Position numbers and translations under genes: made by a program. This document shows positions 9,463 to 19,165 of a stretch of DNA of 64,000 nucleotides, in pieces; the first letter of the stretch is position 1, and each line of letters begins with the position of its first letter. The notes below the pieces were generated by a model. The model had not been told where the DNA came from. It searched no databases and saw nothing but the letters and a program-made list of their open reading frames with translations. The stretch comes from Candidatus Iainarchaeum sp. (GTDB lineage: Archaea; Iainarchaeota; Iainarchaeia; Iainarchaeales; UBA10191), in the NCBI GenBank assembly GCA_030649735.1, contig JAUSFL010000008.1:32001-96000 (forward strand), read 5' to 3'.

Positions 9463-9915
9463 CTATTGCTCACCCTTGCTTTGTGCTTTGGCTTTTTTTA
9501 ATTCAATGCTTCCGCCAGCGTGCTTTATGCTTTCAGCTGCGTTTTCAGTGGCCTTGATATTTTTCAAAACCAGTTTCTCTTTTAACTCTTTGTTTCCGAA
9601 AACTCTTGCAATTCTTGCTGTTTTTCCGTCAATTATGATTTTTCCATCCTCTCTTTTGGCTTTTTTCTTCAGGATCAATTGCTCAAGCCTGCTTTCCAGG
9701 TCTTCAAGGCTTATTGCCTTTCCAAAAAATTTTTTGGACTTTAATTTTACCTTGTTTCCAAAATGGTCAAGAAAGCTGGAGTACTTGTGCTTGTGGCCGC
9801 CTGCGTTTCCAGTGCCGCCCCTGCATCCGGCTCCGCGCCTGTTTTTTGTGTTGCCGCCGCCGTGCGTCCTGTTTCCGCGCATTTTGTTTTTTTTCTTTCT
9901 ATGCCTTACAACCAT
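9463..9915 (-). CDS. rpl15: 50S ribosomal protein uL15
   Basis: RGNRTHGGG..KNRRGAGCRGGTGNAG. Confidence 0.96.
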   Translation of the reverse strand: MVVRHRKKKNKMRGNRTHGGGNTKNRRGAGCRGGTGNAGGHKHKYSSFLDHFGNKVKLKSKKFFGKAISLEDLESRLEQLILKKKAKREDGKIIIDGKTARIARVFGNKELKEKLVLKNIKATENAAESIKHAGGSIELKKAKAQSKGEQ

Positions 9916-9931
9916 TTCAAACCACTTTCTT

Positions 9932-10393
9932 TTACATCATTCTTTCAATAAGCTCGTTTATTTTTTCTTTGCGGTTCCCAAGCGCGCCGCCGACAGTGAA
10001 TGGCTTTTTGATTCCTTGCCTTTCAAAGCCTTTTTTTGGAGGCGCCAATCTAAACACTGGCTTTATTTCAAGCTTTCTCAAGTTGGCTTTTCCCGCAATC
10101 AATTCTTTCGCCAATGCGTCAAAGCCAGAGATTTTTTTGCCTTTCAAGAACTCTAAAGTCAATCGCTTGTTGCCTGCAATTCTTCCGCGCTTTTCCAAAA
10201 GCTTTGCGAGAGTTTTTTCGTTGATTTGCCCGAAAGTCGAATAATCCTGCACTTTTTGGATCATTCCTTTTGTCGAGTCGTTTTCTGGAAGCAGAACTGC
10301 CTGGTTGCATACTTTAAGGTTGAGCATTCTGAAAGTGTCCTTGATGTCCCATTTGACGTCAATGCTTCCCCTGATTCTTACAAGCGCAATCAT
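9932..10393 (-). CDS. rpl30: 50S ribosomal protein uL30
   Basis: ALVRIRG, PVFRLAPPKKGF, GGALGNR. Confidence 0.96.
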   Translation of the reverse strand: MIALVRIRGSIDVKWDIKDTFRMLNLKVCNQAVLLPENDSTKGMIQKVQDYSTFGQINEKTLAKLLEKRGRIAGNKRLTLEFLKGKKISGFDALAKELIAGKANLRKLEIKPVFRLAPPKKGFERQGIKKPFTVGGALGNRKEKINELIERMM

Positions 10394-11136
10394 TGCATTT
10401 CCCTCTTTTCAAGTTTTTGCCTTAGCTCGTCTGACACTTTCACATTGCTTGTGTTCCGTAAGGCGTCAACTGCTGCCTGTATGAAATTCAATTTTGTTCC
10501 AGTGCTTCCCCTGCTTTGGCACCAAACGTCAGTTACGCCGCCGAATTTTAAGACATCCTTGATGTTGTTTCCGCAGACTAGGCCTGTTCCTTTAGGCGCT
10601 GGAAGCAGTATTACTCTTACTGAAGCGCTTTTTCCCATTGTCTTGAATGGAATGCTGTGGTTTGTTGAGCAGCCGCATTCCCAGCTTCCGCAGCCTTTTT
10701 TGACTGTGATTAAATTCATTTTTGCGGCTGAAGTCGCTTTTTTTATTGCTGGCATTCTTTCCTTGTCTTTTGCAATTCCCAGTCCAACATGCCCGTAATG
10801 GTCTCCGACAAGCACTGATGCCCTGAAGCTGAAGCTTCTTCCTTGCCTTGTGACTCTTGTGGTTTTTCTGAATTCAACAAGCTTTTCCGCCAAGTCTGGA
10901 AGCAATGAATCAATGATTTCAGGCTCTAAAAGCGGGAGGTTTTTTTCCGCAAGCTGGTCAAAGCTTGTTATTTCATTCTTGATTATCATTCGTCCCAAGT
11001 CTGTTTTTGGAATCCAGTCTATCAAGGCCTTTTCTTTCCTTTGCTTTTCCCTGCTTTCCATGAATTCCTGCCTTTCGGCATTTTCCTGGGGGGTTCTTTT
11101 CCTTCTAGGGCTTCTTGCATTATTTCTTACAGGCAT
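10390..11136 (-). CDS. rps5: 30S ribosomal protein uS5
   Basis: WIPKTDLGR, GCGSWECGC, PAPKGTGL. Confidence 0.97.
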   Translation of the reverse strand: MPVRNNARSPRRKRTPQENAERQEFMESREKQRKEKALIDWIPKTDLGRMIIKNEITSFDQLAEKNLPLLEPEIIDSLLPDLAEKLVEFRKTTRVTRQGRSFSFRASVLVGDHYGHVGLGIAKDKERMPAIKKATSAAKMNLITVKKGCGSWECGCSTNHSIPFKTMGKSASVRVILLPAPKGTGLVCGNNIKDVLKFGGVTDVWCQSRGSTGTKLNFIQAAVDALRNTSNVKVSDELRQKLEKREMQ

Positions 11137-11154
11137 TTAATTTTCACCATTCTT

Positions 11155-11736
11155 TCACTTGAATTTTTCCTCGATTGTTTTTTTTGCTTTTTCAAAGTAT
11201 TCAGGGATTTTTTTCGGGTCTTGCCCTGTTGAGTAGTATTTTGAGAATTGCTTTTTTGCATCTTCCGGGGAAAGTTTTCCCGCAAAGTCTGCAATGTGCT
11301 TTCCTGAAATCCTTTCAATTGGAGGAAATGCTTTTTCATTGGCTGGAATTTTCAATCCTGCATCTATTGCGCCTTTTAATGCCGCAAAGCATCTGCTTCC
11401 TTGAATCGTGCTTGTCAACCCAACGTCCAGTATTGCTTCCTTCACTCCGTTCTTAAGGCCTTTTTTTGCGCATAGGAATCCAGTCAAGTATGCTGCCGGA
11501 AGATTCGAGTTTGCCGCCTTCCAGCCGTACTCTTCAAGCTCTTTGGAAACCGCTGTAGCCAAAGTAATGTCTCCTTCTGGCTTGAATTCTATTAATTGCG
11601 CGGAATAATTCTTGTTGAAACCGCGAACAACAAGCCTTGTCTTCTTGCTTTTCAAAAGCTGCAGGCGCTTTGCAAAGTCTGTTTTTCCTTCCCTTCTTCG
11701 CCTGAATTTTGTCTCAAATGTTGTCTTGCTTGCCAT
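11155..11736 (-). CDS. rpl18: 50S ribosomal protein uL18
   Basis: RRRREGKTD, NLPAAYLTG, GAIDAGL. Confidence 0.97.
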   Translation of the reverse strand: MASKTTFETKFRRRREGKTDFAKRLQLLKSKKTRLVVRGFNKNYSAQLIEFKPEGDITLATAVSKELEEYGWKAANSNLPAAYLTGFLCAKKGLKNGVKEAILDVGLTSTIQGSRCFAALKGAIDAGLKIPANEKAFPPIERISGKHIADFAGKLSPEDAKKQFSKYYSTGQDPKKIPEYFEKAKKTIEEKFK

Positions 11737-11747
11737 TTTGCTTCACC

Positions 11748-12221
11748 TTAGTCTTCTTTAGCTTTTGCTGTTTTGCTTGTTGCTGTTCCTTTCACTGCTT
11801 CTTCAAGCTGTTTTCTTCCCTTGAAGTAATTTCCTTTGATAAGCTTGTAGAATTTCTTGTACTGCCCTTCAGGAATTTCGCCTTTGGCTTTTAACTCAGT
11901 GAGTTTTTTCCTCAAGGCACGCACTCTTTTAATCCATGATTCGCGGGTTTTCATTCTTGCCTTTTGGGTTCCTTTTCTTTTTCCCTTTCCTTTTTTCCTG
12001 CCTTTTCTTTTCTGCGCCTGCAAAATCCTTGCAGTTCCGCGGCTGTGGAAGTTTTCGTGCTTTTTCTTGATTGTTGCGCTTTTGATGAGTGCCTTGACGT
12101 CTTCTGTTGTAATTGCTTCCTTCACTTTTGCGCCTTGCGCTTGGTCAATCCATACTTTGGACTGCCCGCAATTCAGCAGTTTTGCCGCAATTCTTCTAAC
12201 GCTTTGTATTCTCACTTTCAT
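11748..12221 (-). CDS. rpl19e: 50S ribosomal protein eL19
   Basis: RRIAAKLL..KVWID, KGRKKGKGKRKG, KGNYFK. Confidence 0.96.
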   Translation of the reverse strand: MKVRIQSVRRIAAKLLNCGQSKVWIDQAQGAKVKEAITTEDVKALIKSATIKKKHENFHSRGTARILQAQKRKGRKKGKGKRKGTQKARMKTRESWIKRVRALRKKLTELKAKGEIPEGQYKKFYKLIKGNYFKGRKQLEEAVKGTATSKTAKAKED

Positions 12222-12225
12222 TCAC

Positions 12226-12912
12226 CTAATAATTCAAAACATGGATTCCCAAATTGTTTGCTTGCTTTACAATTTCCCTTCTTTTCTTCTGGCCCACTGT
12301 CCCCAAAATCCTGACTGCAGTGTTTTCTTTTTGCACGCCTGCCAATTGCTTTGGGTTTGCAACAAGCACTTCCTTGAATCCTGAAGGATGAATGCTTTTT
12401 GTCTCGGCGAGCGATCCATACCCTGGCCTTGGGCTTGCGCCGTTTTCTTTTTTTCTTTTAGTGTCAATTCCGCGAGGCTTTCTCCATTTGCCGAATTTTT
12501 CAATATTGTGCCTTCTGATGTTTTCGCAGCCGAATTTTCCCCTGAAGACTGGAAGCCTGTTTTTTTCCTTTATTTTGTCCCTTAGGCTTTTCACTGCATC
12601 GCTTTTTCTGACTTTCATCAAGGCTACTTTTTCCTTGGGCTTCTTTTTCTTGGCTTCTTTTTTTCCTGCTTCTGAGTCTTTCTTTGCAGTCAATTTTCCT
12701 GTTTTTACCGCTGGCTTTGCGGGCGCTTTTGCTTCAGCGTGCTTGTGGCCGACGGGATCTTGCTTTTCGCTTTGCGCGTGCTCGTGTTCCGCATGCTCGT
12801 GAACGTGACTGTGCAGTTCTTCATTGTGTTCGCGGCTGTGGCCTTCGTGCTCTTTTGGAACATGGTCTTTTTCCGCTTCTTTGTCAATGTGCTTTTTTTC
12901 AGTGGTTGCCAT
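12226..12912 (-). CDS. rpl32e: 50S ribosomal protein eL32 with ~100-aa His/Glu- then Lys-rich N-terminal extension
   Basis: KWRKPRGID, PGYGS, HPSGFKEVLV, GIHVLN. Confidence 0.94.
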   Translation of the reverse strand: MATTEKKHIDKEAEKDHVPKEHEGHSREHNEELHSHVHEHAEHEHAQSEKQDPVGHKHAEAKAPAKPAVKTGKLTAKKDSEAGKKEAKKKKPKEKVALMKVRKSDAVKSLRDKIKEKNRLPVFRGKFGCENIRRHNIEKFGKWRKPRGIDTKRKKENGASPRPGYGSLAETKSIHPSGFKEVLVANPKQLAGVQKENTAVRILGTVGQKKRREIVKQANNLGIHVLNY

Positions 12913-13442
12913 TATTTATCGCCTTTGCTTGTTATGAATATTCCGTCTTGGAAAACTCTTCTGTCCTTGTCTTTTAAGCGTGTCAATTGCTCAATGTTTG
13001 CCGCTGTCTGCCCGACTTCTTCCTTGCTTGTTCCTTTCACTGTAATGTCTTTTCCCTTGATTTCAACAGTTGTTTTTCCCACGATTTTTGCGGCCCTTGC
13101 TTTTTTGCTTCCTAAAAAATTCATTATTTCAACTGTGTTTTCTTTTTTTACGGCTGTTAGTGGAAAGTGCGCGTAAACTATTGCGAGCTTGTAAACGTAT
13201 TCTTTCTGGCTTCCTTCAATCATGTTGTTCAAGTGCGCTTCAATGGAGTTCATCAATTTTTTCTCTTTTTTTGAGTCTTTTTCAGCGCTGATTTTGATTT
13301 TGCTTCCTTCGGCTTTGAAGCTGATTCCCAGTGCCCTGAACTCTTTTGACACTTCGCCTTTTGGGCCTTTTACTGTGACCTTGTTTCCCTGAATGTGGGC
13401 TTGGGTTCCTTGAGGCAATTCAATTATTGATTCCATAAACAT
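12912..13442 (-). CDS. rpl6: 50S ribosomal protein uL6
   Basis: KGPKG, YAHFP, GQTAANIEQ, DRRVFQDGIF. Confidence 0.97.
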   Translation of the reverse strand: MFMESIIELPQGTQAHIQGNKVTVKGPKGEVSKEFRALGISFKAEGSKIKISAEKDSKKEKKLMNSIEAHLNNMIEGSQKEYVYKLAIVYAHFPLTAVKKENTVEIMNFLGSKKARAAKIVGKTTVEIKGKDITVKGTSKEEVGQTAANIEQLTRLKDKDRRVFQDGIFITSKGDK

Positions 13443-13460
13443 GCACTATTTTTTCTTTTT

Positions 13461-13856
13461 TCAGTAGACAAAGGCAAGTAGCCTTCCTCCGGTGTTTTGC
13501 TTTTTTGCTTCCCTGTGCGTTATTACTCCTTTTGGGGTTGTGACTATCAGGATTCCAATGTCCCTTGAAGGCAGGTATCTTTTCTCGAATTTTTCGAACT
13601 CTTCCTTTTTGACTGCGTAGCGTGGCTTTATTGCCTTGCATTCGTTGATTTTTCCTTCAAGCATTACTTTGACTTGCGCGTGGTTGTTTTGGTCTTTTGC
13701 TGGCTCAAATCCTTTAATGTAGCCTTGGTCTTTCATTACTTTTAAGACTGCATTGAGCAGTTTGCTGGCTGGCTTGAGCGTGCATTCTTTCTTTGCGGTC
13801 TTTTCCTGATTTTTCATGTTTATTAGCGCGTCTGCTAATGGATCTGACATTGTCAT
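13461..13856 (-). CDS. rps8: 30S ribosomal protein uS8
   Basis: [23 protein letters not shown]. Confidence 0.97.
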   Translation of the reverse strand: MTMSDPLADALINMKNQEKTAKKECTLKPASKLLNAVLKVMKDQGYIKGFEPAKDQNNHAQVKVMLEGKINECKAIKPRYAVKKEEFEKFEKRYLPSRDIGILIVTTPKGVITHREAKKQNTGGRLLAFVY

Positions 13857-13865
13857 TTTTTCACC

Positions 13866-14024
13866 TTAACTGTATTTTTTGAACCCCAATTGCTCTGCAA
13901 CGTCCTTGAAGCAACGCCTGCAAAGGTTAATTCCGTACTTGTGAATCATGCCCTTGTTGTTGTGGCAGATTTTGCAGTAAATGTGCTTTTTTGTCCTTTT
14001 TTTCTTTGGTCCTGTATTATTCAT
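13866..14024 (-). CDS. rps14: 30S ribosomal protein uS14 (Zn type; absent from the ORF track)
   Basis: Manual translation: MNNTGPKKKRTKKHIYCKICHNNKGMIHKYGINLCRRCFKDVAEQLGFKKYS*. Confidence 0.96.
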   Translation of the reverse strand: MNNTGPKKKRTKKHIYCKICHNNKGMIHKYGINLCRRCFKDVAEQLGFKKYS

Positions 14025-14533
14025 GCTACTTCAACCCCGAAAGTTTGCCTTATGAATTCCATGGCTTCCTCTTTTTTCACAGCGTGCTTTGAGATTTTTT
14101 TTGTCTTGAACATTCTGCGTTTAATCCTGTATCCTGGCTTTTCCAAAGTGACTAGGACGTCAAATCCTTTCATTCCTAATTTTGGATCGTACTTTGCGCC
14201 TGGCAAGTCAATGTATTCCTTGATTCCAAAGCCAAAGTTGCCTAGCGCGTCAAAGCTTGCTGCCTTGAGCTTTTTTTCCTTTGCCGCGAATGCTGTTTTC
14301 AAGAATTCCAACGCCTTTTTTCCGCGGATTGTGACTTTCACTCCGATTGGAAGCCCTTCCCTGATTCCCCAAGTCGGCTGCTTTATTTTGCAGATTGTCT
14401 GGATTGGCTTTTTGCCAGTGATTCTTTTGAGTATTTCCTCTGCTTTTTTGAGCTCGTCGCCGGCCTGGCCTACTCCAATGTTGAGGGTGATTTTTTCAAC
14501 CCTGACGTTTTGCATTCTATTGGTCAACTTCAT
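14021..14533 (-). CDS. rpl5: 50S ribosomal protein uL5
   Basis: EKITLNIGVG, PIGVKVTIRG, GNFGFGIKEYID. Confidence 0.97.
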   Translation of the reverse strand: MKLTNRMQNVRVEKITLNIGVGQAGDELKKAEEILKRITGKKPIQTICKIKQPTWGIREGLPIGVKVTIRGKKALEFLKTAFAAKEKKLKAASFDALGNFGFGIKEYIDLPGAKYDPKLGMKGFDVLVTLEKPGYRIKRRMFKTKKISKHAVKKEEAMEFIRQTFGVEVA

Positions 14534-15255
14534 TCACCTTTGAAAACTTCAATTTCCGCTTTTTCCTTTCCAATGACCAGGATGTTTTTTTCAGTTGTCT
14601 GGAATTCTTCGCTTCCGGAATTCAACTGCAAAATGCGCTCTTTTGTCAATGTGCCCGGAATTATTTCCGCGACTTTTGCTGTTTTTCCAACGTGCTTTCC
14701 TGCAATTAGCAGCACTGTGCTTCCTTCCTGTAGTTTGAGCTCTTGAATTATCTTGTTTTCTGGCACTTGCGTCTTGACGCTGTCGCCTGGCTTCAAGTCT
14801 GTTTTTGCAAGAATGAAGTTTCTTCCGTCACTGCTTGAAAGCATTATTTTTCCGCCTTTCATTGCCTTTTTTGACATGATTCTTGCAATCTTGAAGTTTT
14901 TTCCTGCGGGAAGCTCGCGAATTACAAGCCTTCCATTAGTGTCTATAAGAACCCTGAATGATTTTTTCAATTCTTTAATCTCAATAATGTCAAACAGCCC
15001 GATTGGAAAATTTCTTTCTTTCCTTACAATTCCGTCAACTTCAATTTGGCTGTTGTTGAGCAGGAATTTGATTTCTTTCGTGTTTTTGACAATTTTCATT
15101 ATGTCCCTTAGCGCAAACCCTAAAGGGACGCTTAATTTTTTCGCGTGAGTTCCCGGCCTGTAGGCTATTGTCCAGTTTTTTGTCTTGCGCGGCATGAAGT
15201 GCGATTTTGGGGCGCTTAGTGTCTTTTGCTGTTTTGAACCTTGCTTTTTTGCCAT
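14530..15255 (-). CDS. rps4e: 30S ribosomal protein eS4
   Basis: PGTH, VDGIVRK..FPIGLFD, GKHVG. Confidence 0.95.
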   Translation of the reverse strand: MAKKQGSKQQKTLSAPKSHFMPRKTKNWTIAYRPGTHAKKLSVPLGFALRDIMKIVKNTKEIKFLLNNSQIEVDGIVRKERNFPIGLFDIIEIKELKKSFRVLIDTNGRLVIRELPAGKNFKIARIMSKKAMKGGKIMLSSSDGRNFILAKTDLKPGDSVKTQVPENKIIQELKLQEGSTVLLIAGKHVGKTAKVAEIIPGTLTKERILQLNSGSEEFQTTEKNILVIGKEKAEIEVFKGE

Positions 15256-15259
15256 TTTC

Positions 15260-15631
15260 TCACTTTCCCTTCTTTGCAGGCTTTGGTTTTTTCTGCTTCA
15301 GTCTTTTGTCGTCATTCCTGTCAATTTCTGTAACTATCAAGTTTGAAGCGTTGATTCCCAATGGCTTTTCTGTGCCGTCGCTTTTTTTTACTTTGATTCC
15401 GTCAATGAAGACCCTGAACTTGTGCCTGTCAATGCCCGTGACTTTTCCATTGGCTTTGGTGTGCTCTCCGCGCATTACTTTGACAGTGTCGCCTTTTTTT
15501 ACTGTGATGTTTCTTAAGCCGAGCTCTTTTCGCAATTCCTTGCTCAAGTGCGCCTTGACGAATTTTTTCCTGTCTTTCAGGCTTGCTGAAAGCATTTCTT
15601 TCCTTTGCTTTTTAGGCTTTTTTGACACCAT
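15260..15631 (-). CDS. rpl24: 50S ribosomal protein uL24
   Basis: SKKPKKQRK, AHLSKELR, KGDTVKVMRG. Confidence 0.96.
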   Translation of the reverse strand: MVSKKPKKQRKEMLSASLKDRKKFVKAHLSKELRKELGLRNITVKKGDTVKVMRGEHTKANGKVTGIDRHKFRVFIDGIKVKKSDGTEKPLGINASNLIVTEIDRNDDKRLKQKKPKPAKKGK

Positions 15632-15664
15632 CTTAATTCACCAATATATCAACTTATATAATAT

Positions 15665-16063
15665 TCAAATTACTGCAGTTGCGAGCCCAGCTACTTTTGC
15701 CCAGCGTTCTCCAACTTCTTTTGCGACTACTCCTTTCACTTCGCTTGCTTTTGGAAGGCCTTTTTCATCCACTAGGACCACTGCGTTGTCTTCGAATTTA
15801 ATGCGTGTTCCGTCAGGCCTTTTGTACTCTTTCTTGACTCGGACTACAACTGCCCTTTCGATTTTTTTCTTGATTTCCGGCTTTCCCTTGCTTACCACGA
15901 CATTCACCATGTCTGCAATTCCTGCAGCCGGCTTTTGCCTGTATTTTGTATGGTGCCCGAAAACAGTGATTATGTAGACCTCTTTTGCTCCGCTGTTGTC
16001 AGTGCAAACGCAGGTTGTGTTCTGGTTCAGTGTTTTTGTTATTGAAGCGCTGATTGGTTTCAT
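15665..16063 (-). CDS. rpl14: 50S ribosomal protein uL14
   Basis: DNSGAK, RPDGTRIKFEDNAVV. Confidence 0.97.
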   Translation of the reverse strand: MKPISASITKTLNQNTTCVCTDNSGAKEVYIITVFGHHTKYRQKPAAGIADMVNVVVSKGKPEIKKKIERAVVVRVKKEYKRPDGTRIKFEDNAVVLVDEKGLPKASEVKGVVAKEVGERWAKVAGLATAVI

Positions 16064-16440
16064 TGCTTTTCACCTTTTATTGCCGCTGTTTTTATTTTCT
16101 TGTCGGGCTTTTTTGCCATTGATTCTTTCTTTTCTTCCGGCCTTTCGGCGCGCTTGTCAATGCTCATGATTGTGAAGTTTTTTGTCTTGCTTAATTTTCT
16201 TGTTTCCCCGACTGTTACAATGTCTCCTTCTTTGGCGTTCATGCAGCCCGGATTGTGTGCCGCAATCTTTGACTTGACTTTCTTGTATCTCTCGTACTTT
16301 TTCACGAAATGCACCACTTCTCTTTCTACTTTGATTGTCTTTGGGGCTTTTGCCGAGACTACTTTGCCAGTAAAGACATTTCCCCTTACCTTGACATTGC
16401 CGTGAACATAGCATTTTTCATCATTGCATTCTTGCGCCAT
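16060..16440 (-). CDS. rps17: 30S ribosomal protein uS17
   Basis: CNDEKCYVHG, KKYERY, ETRKLSKTK. Confidence 0.96.
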   Translation of the reverse strand: MAQECNDEKCYVHGNVKVRGNVFTGKVVSAKAPKTIKVEREVVHFVKKYERYKKVKSKIAAHNPGCMNAKEGDIVTVGETRKLSKTKNFTIMSIDKRAERPEEKKESMAKKPDKKIKTAAIKGEKQ

Positions 16441-16443
16441 TTT

Positions 16444-16749
16444 TTACACCATTGCCTTCATTTTTTTCGCGAGAGCTTTTATTCGGTCTTCGGGCCTGAA
16501 TTCAATCAGTTCTCCGGAAATCCGCGCTTTTTTTCCCGCAATTTCAAACTCAAAAATGTTTCCTTTCTTTTCCACCTTTTTCATTCCGTTTTTTGTTTCA
16601 ATCTCGAATGTTTTTTTCGTTTCCCACAGCAATCTTCCGCTGAGTCCTTTTTTTGAAGGGTCTTTGCTTTCCGCAATCCTGACTTGCAGTCCATTAAGCT
16701 CGTGCATTGGAAGCAATTCCGCACAAAGCCCAAAATCATGCTCCTTCAA
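16444..16749 (-). CDS. rnp1: RNase P protein component 1 (Rpp29)
   Basis: HELNGL, G..ETKKT, RPEDRIK; operon position. Confidence 0.92.
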   Translation of the reverse strand: MKEHDFGLCAELLPMHELNGLQVRIAESKDPSKKGLSGRLLWETKKTFEIETKNGMKKVEKKGNIFEFEIAGKKARISGELIEFRPEDRIKALAKKMKAMV

Positions 16750-17044
16750 TCAATTCCTCCTTGTATCCTTGCTGTTTAAGCATTTCTTTGACTTTCTTTC
16801 GATGGTCGCCTTGCAATTCAATGGTTTTGTCCTTTAAGGTTCCGCCGCAGGCAAGCTTTTTTTTCAAAAGCTTCTCTAGCTCTTTGGCTTTTTCCTTGTC
16901 GTCAAAACCGCTTACTGTTGTCACGATTTTCTTGAAGCTTGTTCGCATCAGCCTTATTTTGATTTTTTGCGTTTCTTTCTCGATTTCAACGCAAACGCAA
17001 AGGCTTTTCGGCAAGCCGCAAGTCTGGCATATTTCCTCGACCAT
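16736..17044 (-). CDS. Translation initiation factor aIF1 (SUI1)
   Basis: CQTCGLPKSLCVC, KLACGGT, IELQGDH. Confidence 0.95.
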   Translation of the reverse strand: MVEEICQTCGLPKSLCVCVEIEKETQKIKIRLMRTSFKKIVTTVSGFDDKEKAKELEKLLKKKLACGGTLKDKTIELQGDHRKKVKEMLKQQGYKEELIEGA

Positions 17045-17287
17045 TTACTTTTTTGCCTCCGTTTTTTTGCTTGCGTTTTGCAAACTTTTAGTCTGCTTTT
17101 CCTGAATGATTGTCAAGCATCTTGCAATGTCCCTGCGCAGGTTTCCTATTGTTGCGGGCTTTTCAGGCCTTGTTCCAGAGCTTTTAATGCTTCTTTCTTT
17201 CGCGAGCTTTGCCTTTAACTCTGCTGCCTTGTCCTCTAGCTCTTGCACTCCAAGGCCCCTGAACTGCGAGATTTTTTTCTTAGTCAT
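17045..17287 (-). CDS. rpl29: 50S ribosomal protein uL29
   Basis: LRRDIARCLT; operon position. Confidence 0.93.
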   Translation of the reverse strand: MTKKKISQFRGLGVQELEDKAAELKAKLAKERSIKSSGTRPEKPATIGNLRRDIARCLTIIQEKQTKSLQNASKKTEAKK

Positions 17288-18264
17288 TTTTCTTCACTTT
17301 TTTCTTTTGCTTCTTTTTCATGCTCTTTGTGGACTTCTTTCTTTTCAGAATGCTCTTTTTTCTCGTGCTCTTTGTGCGCTGGAGCCTCTTTCTTTTCTTC
17401 CTTGTGAACGTGAGTTTCGTGTTCCTTGTGTGAATGCGCTTCATGCTCTTTTTTTTCATGAGTGTTAGATTGTGCTTCTTTCTTTTCTGAGTGCTCTTTT
17501 TTCTCCACTGTTTTCTTTTTTTCCTCTTGCTTGTCTTCTGCTTTGACTTTTTCAGTCTCGAATTCTAAAGGCTTTGTTATTGTCCCTTCGGTTTTTGTTG
17601 AGAGCGCTTCTTCCGCCTTTTTTGTCGCGTTTTCTATCGCTTCCTGCCTTTTTGCAAAAAGCTCTTTCAAGTTTATCTTGTCAGGGAATACTGTGTCTGG
17701 ATGCACTATGCGCAGTTTTATTCCAATCGCGCCGTATTTTGGGTATGCTGTGACTTTGGCGTAATCGACAAGCTTTACCTGGTCTCCGGTTTTTTTCATG
17801 TATCCTGTCGCAATCCTTTGCTTTCTTTTTCTTTCTCCTTTTCCGCCCAATGCTCCTGCAAGCACTAATTCCACTCCTTGCGCGCCTTTCATTGAAATGT
17901 CATGCACTACTTTGTAGGCAATGCTTCTCCAGCTGTATCCGCGCTCTAAAAGCATTTTCAGCCTGTCTGCTGTTGCCTTGGCGTCAAGTTCTGGAACTTT
18001 GATTTCTTGGATTTCCAATTGCGGGTTTTCAATCTTGAATTTTTCCCCAAGCTCGAGAGTTAAGCGTTTTATGTTTTGCCCGCTTTTTCCGATTGCAAGC
18101 CCCGGGTGCGTTACATTAACTATGATTCTAGTGACTAGTGGAGTTTTCACTATGTCAAGCTTTGTGAATCCTGCCCTGTCCATGTTCTTTCGGATGTAGT
18201 TTTCTAGCTCGATTTTTTTCATGTTTTGCTGAATAAAGGTTCTTTCAATCAAGTTTTTCACCAT
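17284..18264 (-). CDS. rps3: 30S ribosomal protein uS3 with long His/Glu/Lys-rich C-terminal tail
   Basis: PGLAIGKSG (KH domain), GAQGVE, GYMKKTG, GAIGIKLRI. Confidence 0.96.
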   Translation of the reverse strand: MVKNLIERTFIQQNMKKIELENYIRKNMDRAGFTKLDIVKTPLVTRIIVNVTHPGLAIGKSGQNIKRLTLELGEKFKIENPQLEIQEIKVPELDAKATADRLKMLLERGYSWRSIAYKVVHDISMKGAQGVELVLAGALGGKGERKRKQRIATGYMKKTGDQVKLVDYAKVTAYPKYGAIGIKLRIVHPDTVFPDKINLKELFAKRQEAIENATKKAEEALSTKTEGTITKPLEFETEKVKAEDKQEEKKKTVEKKEHSEKKEAQSNTHEKKEHEAHSHKEHETHVHKEEKKEAPAHKEHEKKEHSEKKEVHKEHEKEAKEKSEEK

Positions 18265-18265
18265 T

Positions 18266-18754
18266 TTATGCCGCGTTTTCCCTTGCTATTACTTCCAAAT
18301 GTGCCGCTTTTTTAACGTGGGTTTTTCCTGAAATTTTTCCCTGCTTTTGATGGCTTGTCCTTCCAACGCCTTTGCTTGCAAAAGCATGAATGATTATCAA
18401 ATTTTCTGCGTTAAGCCCTTTGTAGTCTGCGTTTGCTTTCAATTGCTCTAAAAGCTCGACCCATTTTGTCGCGCATCTTTTAGGGTATCTTCCTGTTTTT
18501 GTGTGGCTTATTGCGTCTCCTTTCCTGTGCGGGACTTCCTTGTTGTAGCGCCTTAAAGGCAAGTGCCTTGTTTTTTCAGCGACTGCCTTCAGGAATTGTA
18601 TTGCCCACGCGACTCTTTTGCCCTTGATTTCACGGCTTATTTCAGTGCTGTACTTCAGGCTTACTGGCGCGTTGTTTGCTATGGCCTTGGCTATTGTTTT
18701 TTCAGTGCCGAGAGAGAATTGAACATTGTAATTTTTCTTGCTCATTCCAATCAT
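18266..18754 (-). CDS. rpl22: 50S ribosomal protein uL22
   Basis: VSLKYSTEI, GRYP, ANADYKGL. Confidence 0.95.
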   Translation of the reverse strand: MIGMSKKNYNVQFSLGTEKTIAKAIANNAPVSLKYSTEISREIKGKRVAWAIQFLKAVAEKTRHLPLRRYNKEVPHRKGDAISHTKTGRYPKRCATKWVELLEQLKANADYKGLNAENLIIIHAFASKGVGRTSHQKQGKISGKTHVKKAAHLEVIARENAA

Positions 18755-19152
18755 CCTCTTGCGTTAACTGCTGTGGAGCTTCTTGTTGCTCCAATTCCTG
18801 CCTTTCCGTGCTGTAAGCGTTTTCTTGTTTGCGAGAATTCCCCTAAAGTGTGCCCTATCATTTCGTCCTTTGCTTCCATTAAAATGAACTCGTGGCCGTT
18901 GTATATTGCAAACTTTAATCCAACAAACTTTGGCAGAATGATTGCTTCTCTTTTGTGGGTCCTGATTGATTTTGGCTCTTTTCCAGCCAGTTTTTCTTTC
19001 AATGCCTTGTCAACGCGTTTCATTAATGGGGAGTCAGTTCCGCGAAGAAGGCTTCTTCTTCTCCTGGATTTCGCGATTTTCGCGAATTCTTCATTTGACA
19101 TTTCCTTTAACTCGCCTAGAGTTTTTCCCTTGTAATTGAATTCTTTAGCCAA
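18751..19152 (-). CDS. rps19: 30S ribosomal protein uS19
   Basis: IRTHKR, MIGHTLGEF, GIGATRSS. Confidence 0.97.
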   Translation of the reverse strand: MAKEFNYKGKTLGELKEMSNEEFAKIAKSRRRRSLLRGTDSPLMKRVDKALKEKLAGKEPKSIRTHKREAIILPKFVGLKFAIYNGHEFILMEAKDEMIGHTLGEFSQTRKRLQHGKAGIGATRSSTAVNARG

Positions 19153-19165
19153 TTTTTCACCTTGA